Part shown: in pieces, positions 49,483 to 59,311 of the stretch
How the letters are laid out: each line of letters opens with the position of its first letter
How positions within the stretch are numbered: the first letter of the stretch is position 1
Virus record (IMG/VR): IMGVR_UViG_3300030060_007423
Span: 64,001 to 128,000 of that record
DNA: 64,000 bases
Origin: a virus
Strand: one strand, 5' to 3'
Made by a program: the position numbers and the translations under genes
Notes under the pieces: model-generated
The model's database searches: none
What the model was told of the DNA's origin: nothing
Seen by the model: only the letters and a program-made list of their open reading frames with translations

Positions 49483-49851
49483 ATGTCAGATATAAAAATC
49501 ATAAAACTAGACACTCATGCTCAAGGCCTTATTGGTTGGATTGCAGTACAGAATGACCACACTTTAGGGCATATATTCATGTCCGTTGAACTCGAAATGA
49601 AAATAAAGTTTTTAGATGCTTGGGTACATGAGGAGCATAGGAGAAAAGGTATATTCAGAAAATTGTGGAATACCAGGTGGTCATTTGTTCAAGAAAATTA
49701 TAATGGCTATAAAGTATACGCATGGGCATTACCAAAAAGTTTGCCACTCCTATTAGAAAAGGGCTTTATAGAGGGTGACACTTGTGTATATGTTGAAAGG
49801 CAAGTTGAAGACTTGAAGCCTCCTGGAGAGCAATGTTTTGTCTCTTGTTAA
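49483..49851 (+). CDS. GNAT N-acetyltransferase
   Basis: WVHEEHRRKGI motif A; GF. Confidence 0.78.
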   Translation: MSDIKIIKLDTHAQGLIGWIAVQNDHTLGHIFMSVELEMKIKFLDAWVHEEHRRKGIFRKLWNTRWSFVQENYNGYKVYAWALPKSLPLLLEKGFIEGDTCVYVERQVEDLKPPGEQCFVSC

Positions 49852-49958
49852 AGAAAAATTAAGAAATAGCATAATAAAGTGTATAAATGCTATTAGCATA
49901 GCTTAAATAAATCTCCATATTTTACTTTATATTAGTTGAATTTTATATTTATTAGTAT

Positions 49959-50204
49959 ATGAAAGTAATAACTCATAGATTCAAAAGAAGTGTAGCGGAT
50001 GATAGTGATATTGTCTACTTAGTAAATTTAGTAGATTTCACTGGCAGACCGCTTGAAAGTTATATTGCAGAAACAACAGAAGAAAGAAATAATAAGTCAA
50101 ATAGTTTATTAAAAAGACATAATGTCAATGTTGTACAACACAATCAAGGTTTTAGTATTAGGACAGAAAATTCTACAGAGATTGTAGATAATGTTACTAT
50201 CTAA
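49959..50204 (+). CDS. hypothetical protein
   Basis: ORF after TATATTTAT motif. Confidence 0.6.
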   Translation: MKVITHRFKRSVADDSDIVYLVNLVDFTGRPLESYIAETTEERNNKSNSLLKRHNVNVVQHNQGFSIRTENSTEIVDNVTI

Positions 50205-50229
50205 ATAATCAATATTTTATGGTATAAAA

Positions 50230-50265
50230 TTTTTTTAATTCAAGATTTTTAGTTATATTTATAAC
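50230..50265 (+). promoter_or_regulatory. promoter (TAGTTATATTTATA)
   Basis: Exact match to repeated promoter core at 50250. Confidence 0.6.
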
Positions 50266-50339
50266 TTAAAGAAATAACTCCACTATTAGGAGCTATGCAT
50301 ACAATTTAGAATAGAGGTTAGAAAAAAAGAGGAAAATAC

Positions 50340-50753
50340 ATGAGAAATTTAATTTTAACAATTGCTTTAGTATGTGGATTAGTTTTCACATCACAAGCAC
50401 AAAACGCTAAAGGCGACTGGTATGTTGGAACTGGTGATATTGCTAATATCGCTTGGACTGACTGGGCAATAAACCCAACAATTGGATATGCAGTACATGA
50501 CAACCTTATGGTTGGCGCATCTGTATCACAAGCAAATGAAGAAGCTGATTTAGATATGGATTTCCACGCTAGATATTTCTGGAACGGATATTTCGGATAT
50601 GTAGCGACTGATGGACTTAGCACTGATGGCATGCTATTAGGTGCTGGTAAAATGTTTACACTACGAAAAGGTGTCTATGTAGACCCTAAAGTAGTATATA
50701 ACTCAGGAGATAAGACAACGAACCTACAGTTAGGTTTCGGTCTTACATTTTAA
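50340..50753 (+). CDS. small outer-membrane beta-barrel protein (OmpA/OmpW-like TM domain)
   Basis: Signal peptide (…SQA|Q), amphipathic strands, C-terminal LGFGLTF. Confidence 0.78.
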   Translation: MRNLILTIALVCGLVFTSQAQNAKGDWYVGTGDIANIAWTDWAINPTIGYAVHDNLMVGASVSQANEEADLDMDFHARYFWNGYFGYVATDGLSTDGMLLGAGKMFTLRKGVYVDPKVVYNSGDKTTNLQLGFGLTF

Positions 50754-50814
50754 TTATTAATTAAACCCTCTAATCTAAATTATTTTATTAACATTAACAA
50801 AGAAGGAGAAAACA

Positions 50815-51039
50815 ATGGATTCAGTAATTAAATACGTAACAGGTTTTTTTGGTGGATTGTTATCAATTATGATGGCAGTTTTACCAGTTACTATCGTTTG
50901 GCAAGTATTGACAGGCGGAAATGTATTTGGAATGGATGTTGTTGCTAATTTATCTGCTCTTGTAGAATCACTAGGTAATGGTGGTTTTGTAGGACTAGTA
51001 GTATTGGTAATAATTGCGTCATTCTTTACTAAGAAATAG
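50815..51039 (+). CDS. small hydrophobic two-TM protein
   Basis: AAGGAG RBS; two TM segments. Confidence 0.75.
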   Translation: MDSVIKYVTGFFGGLLSIMMAVLPVTIVWQVLTGGNVFGMDVVANLSALVESLGNGGFVGLVVLVIIASFFTKK

Positions 51040-51062
51040 TTTTATTTGATAATAATCTAGTT

Positions 51063-51099
51063 AAACGGCTCTGAAGAAATTTGGAGCCGTTTTATTTTT
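51063..51099 (+). terminator. Rho-independent terminator
   Basis: AAACGGCTCTGAA-GAAA-TTTGGAGCCGTTT hairpin followed by T-rich tract. Confidence 0.88.
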
Positions 51100-51145
51100 A
51101 TTTGTCAATTATTTTTGTTATATTTATTAAAAAGAAAATCAAACT

Positions 51146-51310
51146 ATGGAAACAATAGCAATTATTTTATTTGGAGCAGCTTGCTTCGCAATGGGAATGT
51201 ATGTAACTACTCAGATAAGTTCATGGATAGACAGTAGGATACAACATAAAAAGTTTATGAAAAACTTGGAAAACTTTGATAAAGACAAAGATGGAAATAA
51301 AAGCGTTTAA
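51146..51310 (+). CDS. small single-TM protein (54 aa)
   Basis: METIAIILFG…; follows GTTATATTTAT motif; below track cutoff. Confidence 0.6.
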   Translation: METIAIILFGAACFAMGMYVTTQISSWIDSRIQHKKFMKNLENFDKDKDGNKSV

Positions 51311-51479
51311 TAAAGGATTAAAGGTTATAAGTAGTTGTAAGAATTATTCTCAAATTAGAGGAGCTTATAATTATGTACATAACTATAGAATCTTGTTTGG
51401 TAAAACAAAATTATGGAAAGACCTCTATAATTTTTGTGGTAGAAAACGAGAAATGTTAGGAGACTATGATGGAAGATAA
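51291..51479 (+). CDS. hypothetical protein
   Basis: ATG 51291 within track ORF. Confidence 0.55.
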   Translation: MEIKAFNKGLKVISSCKNYSQIRGAYNYVHNYRILFGKTKLWKDLYNFCGRKREMLGDYDGR

Positions 51480-51544
51480 GTATTGGGTAACAACAACTAC
51501 AGCTGGTGATTACGAAGTTGTATATCATATAGTGGAGAATTAAT

Positions 51545-51763
51545 ATGGGATTTCATAAAAGATATATTAGTAATGACCAAATAATGAAAATGTATACCAA
51601 TGATGGAATGCAAAAGGTTTATGATTGGTATACAAAAGGTGTTGACGCATTAATTACAGAGACGGGCCTTGCATCAGATGTTGGAGATTTAATAGGAACA
51701 AATGATGACTGGAATAAAATGTCAATATTAATATCAACAGCTGCAATTAAACAGGCAAAGTAA
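51545..51763 (+). CDS. hypothetical protein
   Basis: 72 aa. Confidence 0.65.
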   Translation: MGFHKRYISNDQIMKMYTNDGMQKVYDWYTKGVDALITETGLASDVGDLIGTNDDWNKMSILISTAAIKQAK

Positions 51764-52278
51764 TGTCAGATATAGTTAGGAAGAGACATAGTAAAAGACC
51801 ACTTCTTCAGGCAGAACTTGAAGTTGCAATGAAAAATAGCAAATCAAATAAAGGTGCAGCTAGATTTTTAGGAGTATCGTATAACACATATAAAAAATAT
51901 GCAAAGTTATATACAGATGAAAGTGGTACTACTCTTTTTGACAAACATCGTAACTGGTATGGAAGAGGTATTCCAAAAGTTAGAGACTTAGGAAAGATTC
52001 CATTGGAAGAAATACTTGAAGGTAAACATCCAACATATCCAAGATGGAAACTTAGAGAGAGATTAGTTAAGGCTGGATATTTGGAAGGTGCATGCCAAAA
52101 TTGTGGATATTGTGAAACACGAATCACTGACGGGAGAAGTCCACTGCTTCTAGAATTTAGTGATGAAAATGTAAATAACTTGAAGGTAGATAATCTATAC
52201 GAATTATGTTATAATTGTCACTTTCAATTAATAGGTGGATTAAATCAGAAAAAATCAAATAAATTACATGGAATTTAA
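51763..52278 (+). CDS. HTH plus HNH-like zinc-finger protein
   Basis: AARFLGVSYNTYKKYA HTH; CQNCG…N…NL..LCYNCH. Confidence 0.72.
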   Translation: MSDIVRKRHSKRPLLQAELEVAMKNSKSNKGAARFLGVSYNTYKKYAKLYTDESGTTLFDKHRNWYGRGIPKVRDLGKIPLEEILEGKHPTYPRWKLRERLVKAGYLEGACQNCGYCETRITDGRSPLLLEFSDENVNNLKVDNLYELCYNCHFQLIGGLNQKKSNKLHGI

Positions 52279-52289
52279 TAGAATTAGTT

Positions 52290-52895
52290 ATGAATAAAAT
52301 AGATAGAAATAAATTAAATCCAAACAAGGTTGTTGGATTTACAGCAGGAAATTTTGACCTACTACATCCAGGTTATATTTATACATTTGAAGACGCAAGA
52401 AAACATTGTGATCACTTCATTGTATTTTTACAGAGAGACCCTTCAGCAACACGGTTTACTAAATATAAACCTGTGATACCATTGTATGAAAGATATAGGG
52501 CATTGATGTCAATACAATATATTGATGAAGTATACATTTATCAAACTGAGGAGGAACTTTATGAATTAATTAAATTCTTCAAACCAGATGTAAGAATCCT
52601 TGGAGAAGATTATATTGGTAAACCTTGCACAGGAGATGATCTTCCTCCAAAAATTATTTATACAAGTAGAGCTCATGGTTGGTCAACAACTAAGTTAAAG
52701 GATTTAATTACAAAGCAAACTGTAAAACAAAATCCAGATATACTTAATAATGAAAAAGATGAAGAAGACATGAGTGATGAGGTTGATAGAGAAGCAGAAT
52801 GGTTAATTGACCAACATAATAGAAATAGACCAGCTGAAGAACATATTGATAACATTGATGATTTGCCACAGAATAATCAAGCATTTGGAGATTAA
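52290..52895 (+). CDS. cytidylyltransferase, TagD-like
   Basis: GNFDLLHPGY, LGEDY, R.HG.STT. Confidence 0.85.
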   Translation: MNKIDRNKLNPNKVVGFTAGNFDLLHPGYIYTFEDARKHCDHFIVFLQRDPSATRFTKYKPVIPLYERYRALMSIQYIDEVYIYQTEEELYELIKFFKPDVRILGEDYIGKPCTGDDLPPKIIYTSRAHGWSTTKLKDLITKQTVKQNPDILNNEKDEEDMSDEVDREAEWLIDQHNRNRPAEEHIDNIDDLPQNNQAFGD

Positions 52896-52897
52896 TT

Positions 52898-53221
52898 ATG
52901 AAACATCCGTATTATGACAGTGATAGAAAAAAGAGAACAGAAAGATTTGCAATGGCAGCATGTTCCTTTAGCATAATTGGAATAGTTATCTTAATGATAG
53001 TTGCTTCATTCCTAAATTCTTGTAAAGATGCTCCAGAACCAACATTAGGCGATTTTCTTTCAGGTGATGAAAAAAATTTATTAGATACATTACAATCTAT
53101 AATACCAAATGGTGTTGGAATAATTGAATATGAAGATGGTACATGTGATAGTATAAGATACACTGAATCTGATGAAGATGTAAAGTGGATTGGAAATGAT
53201 GGGGTAGAGTTTTATGATTAA
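52898..53221 (+). CDS. membrane-anchored or lipoprotein hypothetical protein
   Basis: TM ending LNSC. Confidence 0.6.
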   Translation: MKHPYYDSDRKKRTERFAMAACSFSIIGIVILMIVASFLNSCKDAPEPTLGDFLSGDEKNLLDTLQSIIPNGVGIIEYEDGTCDSIRYTESDEDVKWIGNDGVEFYD

Positions 53222-53375
53222 AAAGACATGGGCAAACATATTATTTGTTTTAGCTTGTATTATAACAATACCAGTAGCAATAGGAATGACAGTATTTTTA
53301 TGGGTACTTGGTTCAGTTGCAATAGTATTGTCATCAATATTAACAACAATAGAAACATTAAGGAATAAGAAATGA
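53214..53375 (+). CDS. small hydrophobic protein (53 aa)
   Basis: Overlap-coupled; long hydrophobic stretch. Confidence 0.55.
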   Translation: MIKKTWANILFVLACIITIPVAIGMTVFLWVLGSVAIVLSSILTTIETLRNKK

Positions 53376-53590
53376 AAGTACATATTTACATACATAGAGA
53401 TGATGCAGCCACTGAAACTCTTGACCCTAAAACATATTGCATAAATCAACCTCCACAATACACTGAAGGTAAAAGTGATTATGTAATGGTTTCAATAACA
53501 ACAGACGAGTTTTGTGAGTTGGAAGATATGAGAGGTGATGCGACAGTTCAGGGCGACATATTAGATTCTGAAAAGCTACAGAATATTTAA
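53372..53590 (+). CDS. hypothetical protein
   Basis: ATGA-coupled. Confidence 0.6.
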   Translation: MKVHIYIHRDDAATETLDPKTYCINQPPQYTEGKSDYVMVSITTDEFCELEDMRGDATVQGDILDSEKLQNI

Positions 53591-53724
53591 CAATAGATTA
53601 ACATTAGATTAATATAATTGTAGCATATTTTCTATATTTATTAATATGGAAACCAAAAAACTTGATATAACTCCTGCAATTTATGTAACAATAATGATTG
53701 TTGTATTCCTATTAGCACTCTAAT

Positions 53725-53810
53725 TGTTAATAACTTTTTTAGCTTTTTTTAGAAAAAAGTCTCCCAAAAATTTTTTTTTCCCAATAATTCTAGTTATATT
53801 TATATATAAA
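53725..53810 (+). promoter_or_regulatory. repeated promoter element
   Basis: TGTTAATAAC 53725; TTCCCAATAATTCTAGTTATATTTATATATAA. Confidence 0.75.
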
Positions 53811-53830
53811 TAATTGATAATACTAAAACT

Positions 53831-54286
53831 ATGATAATATACATTGACTTAGACGGTGTACTTGCTGACTTTCAAAAGGCTGCATCACAACATCCAGATT
53901 ATGGAACAAAAGGTTTCAGACCAGATTTAACATTAGATTTTTCTAAATTTGATATAATTCCTGGAGCAAAAGATGCGGTAAAACAAATACTAGATATGGG
54001 ACATGATGTTTATATTGCAAGCACGGCTCCTTGGGACAATCCAAATGCTTGGACTCAGAAGAGAGAATGGGTAGGAAAAAACTTTCCAGAACTAAAAAGA
54101 AAAGTATTTTTAACTCACCACAAAAACCTGCTTAAAGGTGACATTCTTATTGATGATTCAACATACAGAGGACAAACTGAGTTTGAAGGAGAATTTATGA
54201 AGTTTGACCCTAGCATTGGTTACGATTGGGATTTCATGGTTAAGTCAATTGATAATATGACTAAGTTGTTAAAAATAATTTGTTAA
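53831..54286 (+). CDS. 5'(3')-deoxyribonucleotidase (NT5C, HAD)
   Basis: YIDLDGVLADF, STAPW, K..WV, GDILIDD. Confidence 0.9.
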   Translation: MIIYIDLDGVLADFQKAASQHPDYGTKGFRPDLTLDFSKFDIIPGAKDAVKQILDMGHDVYIASTAPWDNPNAWTQKREWVGKNFPELKRKVFLTHHKNLLKGDILIDDSTYRGQTEFEGEFMKFDPSIGYDWDFMVKSIDNMTKLLKIIC

Positions 54287-54352
54287 TAACTTTTATAAAA
54301 AAGTTGTGAAAATAGTTTTTTTTCCCAATAATTCTAGTTATATTTATATATA
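54281..54352 (+). promoter_or_regulatory. repeated promoter element
   Basis: TGTTAATAAC 54281; same core as 53778-53810. Confidence 0.75.
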
Positions 54353-54382
54353 ACAAATTGGTAATAATAATAAATACTAAAT

Positions 54383-54724
54383 ATGAAAATAGATAAATCT
54401 ATCGCTACAAAGTTCAGAGCAGACTTTCAGAAAACTGTTCAAAAGTTAGAAAAAAAATACGGAATGAGAATCTCTTTAGGTAACATTCGCTATGATTCAG
54501 AAGAATTAAAGAGTACTTTGACAGCAATATCTGTTAAAGGTGGTGGTACCAAAAGACTTTCAATGTCTGATATATTTATTGGTGACAAGGTTTTGATTAA
54601 CCACAGAAAAACTAAAGGTCAATCATTTGAAGTTACTAAGAAAGCAATCAAGAATGTACAAGTTCAAAACACAAAAACTGGTGAAAGGTTTACTGTAGCG
54701 CCAAGTTTATTAATTAAAATATAA
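54383..54724 (+). CDS. hypothetical protein (C-terminal SH3-like)
   Basis: ORF behind promoter repeat. Confidence 0.7.
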   Translation: MKIDKSIATKFRADFQKTVQKLEKKYGMRISLGNIRYDSEELKSTLTAISVKGGGTKRLSMSDIFIGDKVLINHRKTKGQSFEVTKKAIKNVQVQNTKTGERFTVAPSLLIKI

Positions 54725-54727
54725 TAT

Positions 54728-56008
54728 ATGAAAGAATTAAAGCAGTTTATAGATGAAATGAAAAATACTTCTTCACTTAATGAAAAGAAGAAGATTATTG
54801 AAAAGTACAAAGACAATAAATTTATTATGAAGGTTATACAATATACTTATGACCCTTATAAGAAATACAATGTCACAAGTAAAAATTGTAAAAAGCTCTC
54901 TCATATTTGTGATGAAGATTGTGGATTTGTAGATTTGTTTGAATTGTTAGATGATTTAGATAATAGAACTTATACAGGACATGATGCAATTGCAATGGTT
55001 AATGGATATATCTTTCAGAATTCAGATTATGAAGATGTAATTTTTGGTATCATTGACAGAAATATTGAGATTCGTGCAAATGCCAGTGTATTCAATAAAA
55101 TAATTCCAGGACTTGTACCAACATTTGATGTTGCATTAGCAACTAAATATGAATCAAGATTTTGTGATTTTGATAATGAAGAGTGGTATGCAAGTAGAAA
55201 ACTTGACGGTGTAAGATGTATTGTTAGAAAGGATGGAGATACTATTAAAGCTTACTCACGAGCTGGTAATGAATTCACAACTTTACAAAAAGTATTGGAT
55301 GATGTAAAGTTAATGCCTGGTGATTTTGTATTAGATGGTGAGATTTGTATGATGGATGAAAATGGCAATGAAGATTTTCAAGGTATCATGAAACAAATCA
55401 AAAAGAAGAATCATACTATTGAAAATCCAAAATTTGTTATATTTGATTACTTAAGTCTTAGTGAATTTGATAATAAAACTAGCCAAATGATTTTATCAGA
55501 AAGACTTAATGAACTCAAAGGAGAAATTCCACATGATGGGTATTATGATTACTTAACTTTACTTCCTCAGCAACTTGTAAATAGTGAAGAAGAACTTTTA
55601 GAGATGACAGCTGAAGCTGAAACCAATGGTTATGAAGGAGTTATGTTAAGAAAGAATGTTGGTTATGAAGGTAAGAGAAGCAAAAATCTTTTGAAATGTA
55701 AAAAATTCCATGATGCAGAATATAAAGTTATGGGAGCTACCAATGGAGATATTAGAATTATTGAAGATGGAAAAGAAAAGACAATAAATTGTTTGAGTAT
55801 GATTACAATAAATCATAAAGGAACTCAAGTTGGTGTTGGTTCAGGATTTAATTTTGACCAAAGAAAAGAATTTGGAAAGGATCACAGTAAAATTTTAGGT
55901 AAGACAATTACCGTACAATATTTTGAAGAAAGTAAAAATCAATTTGGAGAATACTCATTGAGATTTCCAGTAATTAAACATATATTTGAAAATGGAAGAA
56001 ATGTCTAA
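54728..56008 (+). CDS. lig: ATP-dependent DNA ligase
   Basis: RKLDGVR (KxDG), LDGE, FD, EGVMLR, K.K, VGSG, SLRFP. Confidence 0.95.
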   Translation: MKELKQFIDEMKNTSSLNEKKKIIEKYKDNKFIMKVIQYTYDPYKKYNVTSKNCKKLSHICDEDCGFVDLFELLDDLDNRTYTGHDAIAMVNGYIFQNSDYEDVIFGIIDRNIEIRANASVFNKIIPGLVPTFDVALATKYESRFCDFDNEEWYASRKLDGVRCIVRKDGDTIKAYSRAGNEFTTLQKVLDDVKLMPGDFVLDGEICMMDENGNEDFQGIMKQIKKKNHTIENPKFVIFDYLSLSEFDNKTSQMILSERLNELKGEIPHDGYYDYLTLLPQQLVNSEEELLEMTAEAETNGYEGVMLRKNVGYEGKRSKNLLKCKKFHDAEYKVMGATNGDIRIIEDGKEKTINCLSMITINHKGTQVGVGSGFNFDQRKEFGKDHSKILGKTITVQYFEESKNQFGEYSLRFPVIKHIFENGRNV

Positions 56009-56009
56009 T

Positions 56010-56528
56010 ATGAAGATAGCATACCTACATGGATTAGAAAGTAAAGTTGGTGGACCAAAAGTAGATTGGTTAATGAGTCTTGGTCATAAAGTTATATTTC
56101 CAAAAATGGACTATAGTGATGTAAATGAGTTTAGAGATACACTCCACCTTTTAGAAATGTATAAGCCAGATTTAATTATTGGTTCAAGTATGGGTGGTTG
56201 GTTTGCATGGAATATTGGAAAGATATTAAAAGTTCCAGTATTATTGTACAATCCTGCAATACTTGCACCTACATTAATTGATGTACCATTATGGGACAGT
56301 AAAGTATTTTTGGCATTAGGTACAAGTGATGAAGTAATAAATCCTAATCAAACAATTAAGTTATTGAACATGATTGATAAACATGATTTCAATATGAACA
56401 ATGTTTGGAAAGGTCCACATGGACATCAAACTCCACTCGATGTATTTCAATCAGCATTTTTATATTTTCAAAACAATATAAAAGCAAATATTAATCTATA
56501 TAAAAGACATAAACATGATAAAATATAA
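56010..56528 (+). CDS. YqiA/YcfP-like alpha/beta hydrolase
   Basis: YLHGLES, GSSMGG, NPA, DEV, H. Confidence 0.85.
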   Translation: MKIAYLHGLESKVGGPKVDWLMSLGHKVIFPKMDYSDVNEFRDTLHLLEMYKPDLIIGSSMGGWFAWNIGKILKVPVLLYNPAILAPTLIDVPLWDSKVFLALGTSDEVINPNQTIKLLNMIDKHDFNMNNVWKGPHGHQTPLDVFQSAFLYFQNNIKANINLYKRHKHDKI

Positions 56529-56820
56529 AGGAATTGCTCCACCAACATTTATGGAATTAAATGGTAAAAATTATTTAATGCCAGGTTTTACAGAAGTACC
56601 ACATTCGTGCGGTGTACACAACTGGAATGATTACATTGTTTGGGAAAGAATTGAAAGTAAAGATTCTCCAAGTGATAAGTGGACAGTTGAAAGTTCATCA
56701 ACAGCTGGAATATTTTACACTGTGAAAAAAGTTGGAGAAAATTATGAATGTGATTGTCCTGGCTATAGGTTTAGAAGAAAAGAATGTAGACACATTAGGG
56801 GAATAAAAGAGTCAGTATAA
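56515..56820 (+). CDS. SWIM zinc-finger protein
   Basis: YTV…CDCPG…CRH. Confidence 0.8.
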   Translation: MIKYKGIAPPTFMELNGKNYLMPGFTEVPHSCGVHNWNDYIVWERIESKDSPSDKWTVESSSTAGIFYTVKKVGENYECDCPGYRFRRKECRHIRGIKESV

Positions 56821-56857
56821 ATCACAAATTGAATGTATAACTTAATATTTATAATAA

Positions 56858-57169
56858 ATGGAGAACTTTAATATGTTTAACTTTAATTCAGATAATGACA
56901 AATATGACGAAGTTGATTTACAAGATATCTTATATCAACTAAGAGGTGATGCAATGGAAAGAGGATTTGAAATTGTAATGGAAGAAGGAATTTCTGGATT
57001 AAGAGACTTAGGAAGTAATAAACCAAGGTTAATAGTAGAAAAAATGATAAAGTACTATTCACAGCCCGACATTGAGGAATATGAAAAGTGCGCCGAACTC
57101 GTTAAATTGTTACGTAATGACAAAATCAAAGAAGCAACGCTACCACAGAACATATCTAAAACTAGCTAA
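56858..57169 (+). CDS. hypothetical protein with UVR-like motif
   Basis: EEYEKCAEL. Confidence 0.6.
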   Translation: MENFNMFNFNSDNDKYDEVDLQDILYQLRGDAMERGFEIVMEEGISGLRDLGSNKPRLIVEKMIKYYSQPDIEEYEKCAELVKLLRNDKIKEATLPQNISKTS

Positions 57170-57539
57170 AGAGTGGTCCAAACTTTCTCATGCAAAGAGA
57201 ATGCAAGTTGGAGCCATTATGGTTAAAGATGGAATGATAATTTCAGACGGGTACAATGGTACTCCATCAGGATTTAATAATTCTTGTGAAGATAGTGAAG
57301 GCAATACAAAACCAGAAGTATTACATGCAGAGGCCAATGCAATACTTAAGTGTGCAAAACATGGTACAAGTTGCGAAGGTGCAACATTATACATCACATT
57401 AAGTCCATGTCAAGATTGTGCAAAATTAATTCATCAAGCAGGTATTAAAGAAGTAATCTATGAAGATGAATATAGATATGGAAATGGCTTAGAATTCCTA
57501 AAAAAATGTGGTGTCAATGTTAAAAAAATAGCAAAATAA
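57117..57539 (+). CDS. dCMP deaminase
   Basis: VGA, GYNGTPSG, HAEANA, PCQDC; ATG 57117. Confidence 0.93.
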   Translation: MTKSKKQRYHRTYLKLAKEWSKLSHAKRMQVGAIMVKDGMIISDGYNGTPSGFNNSCEDSEGNTKPEVLHAEANAILKCAKHGTSCEGATLYITLSPCQDCAKLIHQAGIKEVIYEDEYRYGNGLEFLKKCGVNVKKIAK

Positions 57540-57593
57540 TTTTTTTATATCAAAAAAAATGGTTATATTAATTAAAAATTTAGAATAAAAGTT

Positions 57594-57968
57594 ATGATAA
57601 ACGAGAGAAGATACGAACAGTTTAAGAAGTACAAAAGAACAGTATTAAGAATGTTTCCACATGCAGAGACAAAGATAAGACCAAATGGCAAATTTACTGT
57701 TGAAGATGGCTTTGGTAGATGTATATTAAGACATTACCCTGATGTTGCAATGTGTGACAATATTTTCAATGCATGGAAAAATATTACAATTGTAAAGCAT
57801 TGGGATAGAATTGAACAACGAAACATTAAGAAGTCAAGAATTGATGTTAAAAATGTTGTAGGAAATACATCAAACATGCCAAGAAAAGAAGGCTGGGAGT
57901 ATCAAGATAATAATATATCAAATACTGGAGAAGTATATGATGAAGCAAATCAATATTCAAACGATTAA
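57594..57968 (+). CDS. hypothetical protein
   Basis: ORF after GGTTATATT promoter motif. Confidence 0.65.
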   Translation: MINERRYEQFKKYKRTVLRMFPHAETKIRPNGKFTVEDGFGRCILRHYPDVAMCDNIFNAWKNITIVKHWDRIEQRNIKKSRIDVKNVVGNTSNMPRKEGWEYQDNNISNTGEVYDEANQYSND

Positions 57969-57985
57969 AAATAGGAGAAATAGTT

Positions 57986-58201
57986 ATGAAAATGTATTAT
58001 GTAGCAAATGTAAGGTTTACAGACGATAGTCGTAAAGGTGCAAAACAATTTACCAAAGAATTTTTAGTAGAAGCAGTAAGTATCACAGATGCTGAAACAA
58101 CTCTCACAAAAGCATTAAGAGAGGAAGGTACTGTTTTAGACTTTGAGGTCAGAGGTATAAGAGCAAGTAGAGTTGAAGAAGTTTATGCAAAACCTGAATA
58201 A
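57986..58201 (+). CDS. DUF4494-like protein
   Basis: E.LVEA.S.TDAE…FEV..I…EV. Confidence 0.6.
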   Translation: MKMYYVANVRFTDDSRKGAKQFTKEFLVEAVSITDAETTLTKALREEGTVLDFEVRGIRASRVEEVYAKPE

Positions 58202-58308
58202 TAGAATTGAAATAGAAATGTCAAATGTAACTGTTAAAGATTTTAACAATTGGCATGAAGGACTAAGTCCAATAGAATTATGGATGTATAATAAATTAAT
58301 AAATAAAA

Positions 58309-58695
58309 ATGGCAAAGAAAAGTAAATATCAGAGAAGACGAGCTATCGAATGTAAGATAGTCGAAAAGAGTAAAAAGAATCCAGGTTATTGTAAGTATGA
58401 TATTACAATACAGGAATTGGATGGAAAAGTACATACTCAACCAGCTTATGGTACAGATATGCAAGATGCATTATCCAGATTAATGAATACAGAAAGAACA
58501 ACAAAGATAGAAAAGAAATTAGAGAAAAATCCTTTAATATTCTTTCTTATGTGGTTAGGACTTATGGCATTGCCAGTTATATGGCATGGTGATATAACAT
58601 ATACTCCTTGGTTTATATTGTATATGTTTGCTAGTTTTGCTGCAATGTTTTTATTCGCAGGATTGTGGCAAAGTTATTTGGAAAAGGGAAAGTAA
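58309..58695 (+). CDS. membrane protein (PAYG.DMQDAL motif, two C-terminal TM)
   Basis: 128 aa. Confidence 0.7.
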   Translation: MAKKSKYQRRRAIECKIVEKSKKNPGYCKYDITIQELDGKVHTQPAYGTDMQDALSRLMNTERTTKIEKKLEKNPLIFFLMWLGLMALPVIWHGDITYTPWFILYMFASFAAMFLFAGLWQSYLEKGK

Positions 58696-59009
58696 TGAAT
58701 TATGTTCCAATACCTAAAGGTGCTGAGCCACCAATGTTGAGATTTGAAACGGATATGGAGTTTCATCAAGAATTATCAAAGTATGAACATGAAATTCATA
58801 TTAGAACATTATATGCAATTCAATACGCATATGATACAAATTTTGAAGATGATGTAACAATTGCATTTATGAATGATGAAGAGACTATACTAAGTGTACC
58901 AAAGGATTGTTGGAAAGAAAATCTAGAGAATACACTTAAGTATTTTATTGATATAGAAGATTACAAAAAATGTAAAGAAGTACAACAATTAATGGATAAA
59001 GTAAAATGA
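58695..59009 (+). CDS. hypothetical protein with UVR-like motif
   Basis: YF…EDYKKC..V; TAATG start 58695. Confidence 0.6.
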   Translation: MNYVPIPKGAEPPMLRFETDMEFHQELSKYEHEIHIRTLYAIQYAYDTNFEDDVTIAFMNDEETILSVPKDCWKENLENTLKYFIDIEDYKKCKEVQQLMDKVK

Positions 59010-59311
59010 AATTGGATATTAACAAAATTGATTTAGACCAATTGGCTCATGATTTTAGAATGGAAAGTATAAAGTGGTATGATAAAGAATACTTTATATG
59101 GTTTGTCAAATCAGTGGTATTATGTAGAGATGTAAAGCAAACAGGTGTACCGTTTAGGCGAATGTACAAGAATGCTAATAACTTTATGTTAGTTAAAGAT
59201 AAGAATACAGCTCTTCTTGATTATAGAAATAAAGGTCAAGATAACTGGGATTGTATACCTACACATCTTTTACATGGTGAAAAATATTATTTGTGTTGGA
59301 CATATGAGTAG
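59006..59311 (+). CDS. hypothetical protein
   Basis: ATGA-coupled. Confidence 0.6.
   Translation: MKLDINKIDLDQLAHDFRMESIKWYDKEYFIWFVKSVVLCRDVKQTGVPFRRMYKNANNFMLVKDKNTALLDYRNKGQDNWDCIPTHLLHGEKYYLCWTYE

Noticed and set aside
49865-49894. AATAGCAT/ATGCTATT inverted repeat as a terminator
   Set aside because: Weak AT-rich 8-bp stem with a long loop and no U-tract.
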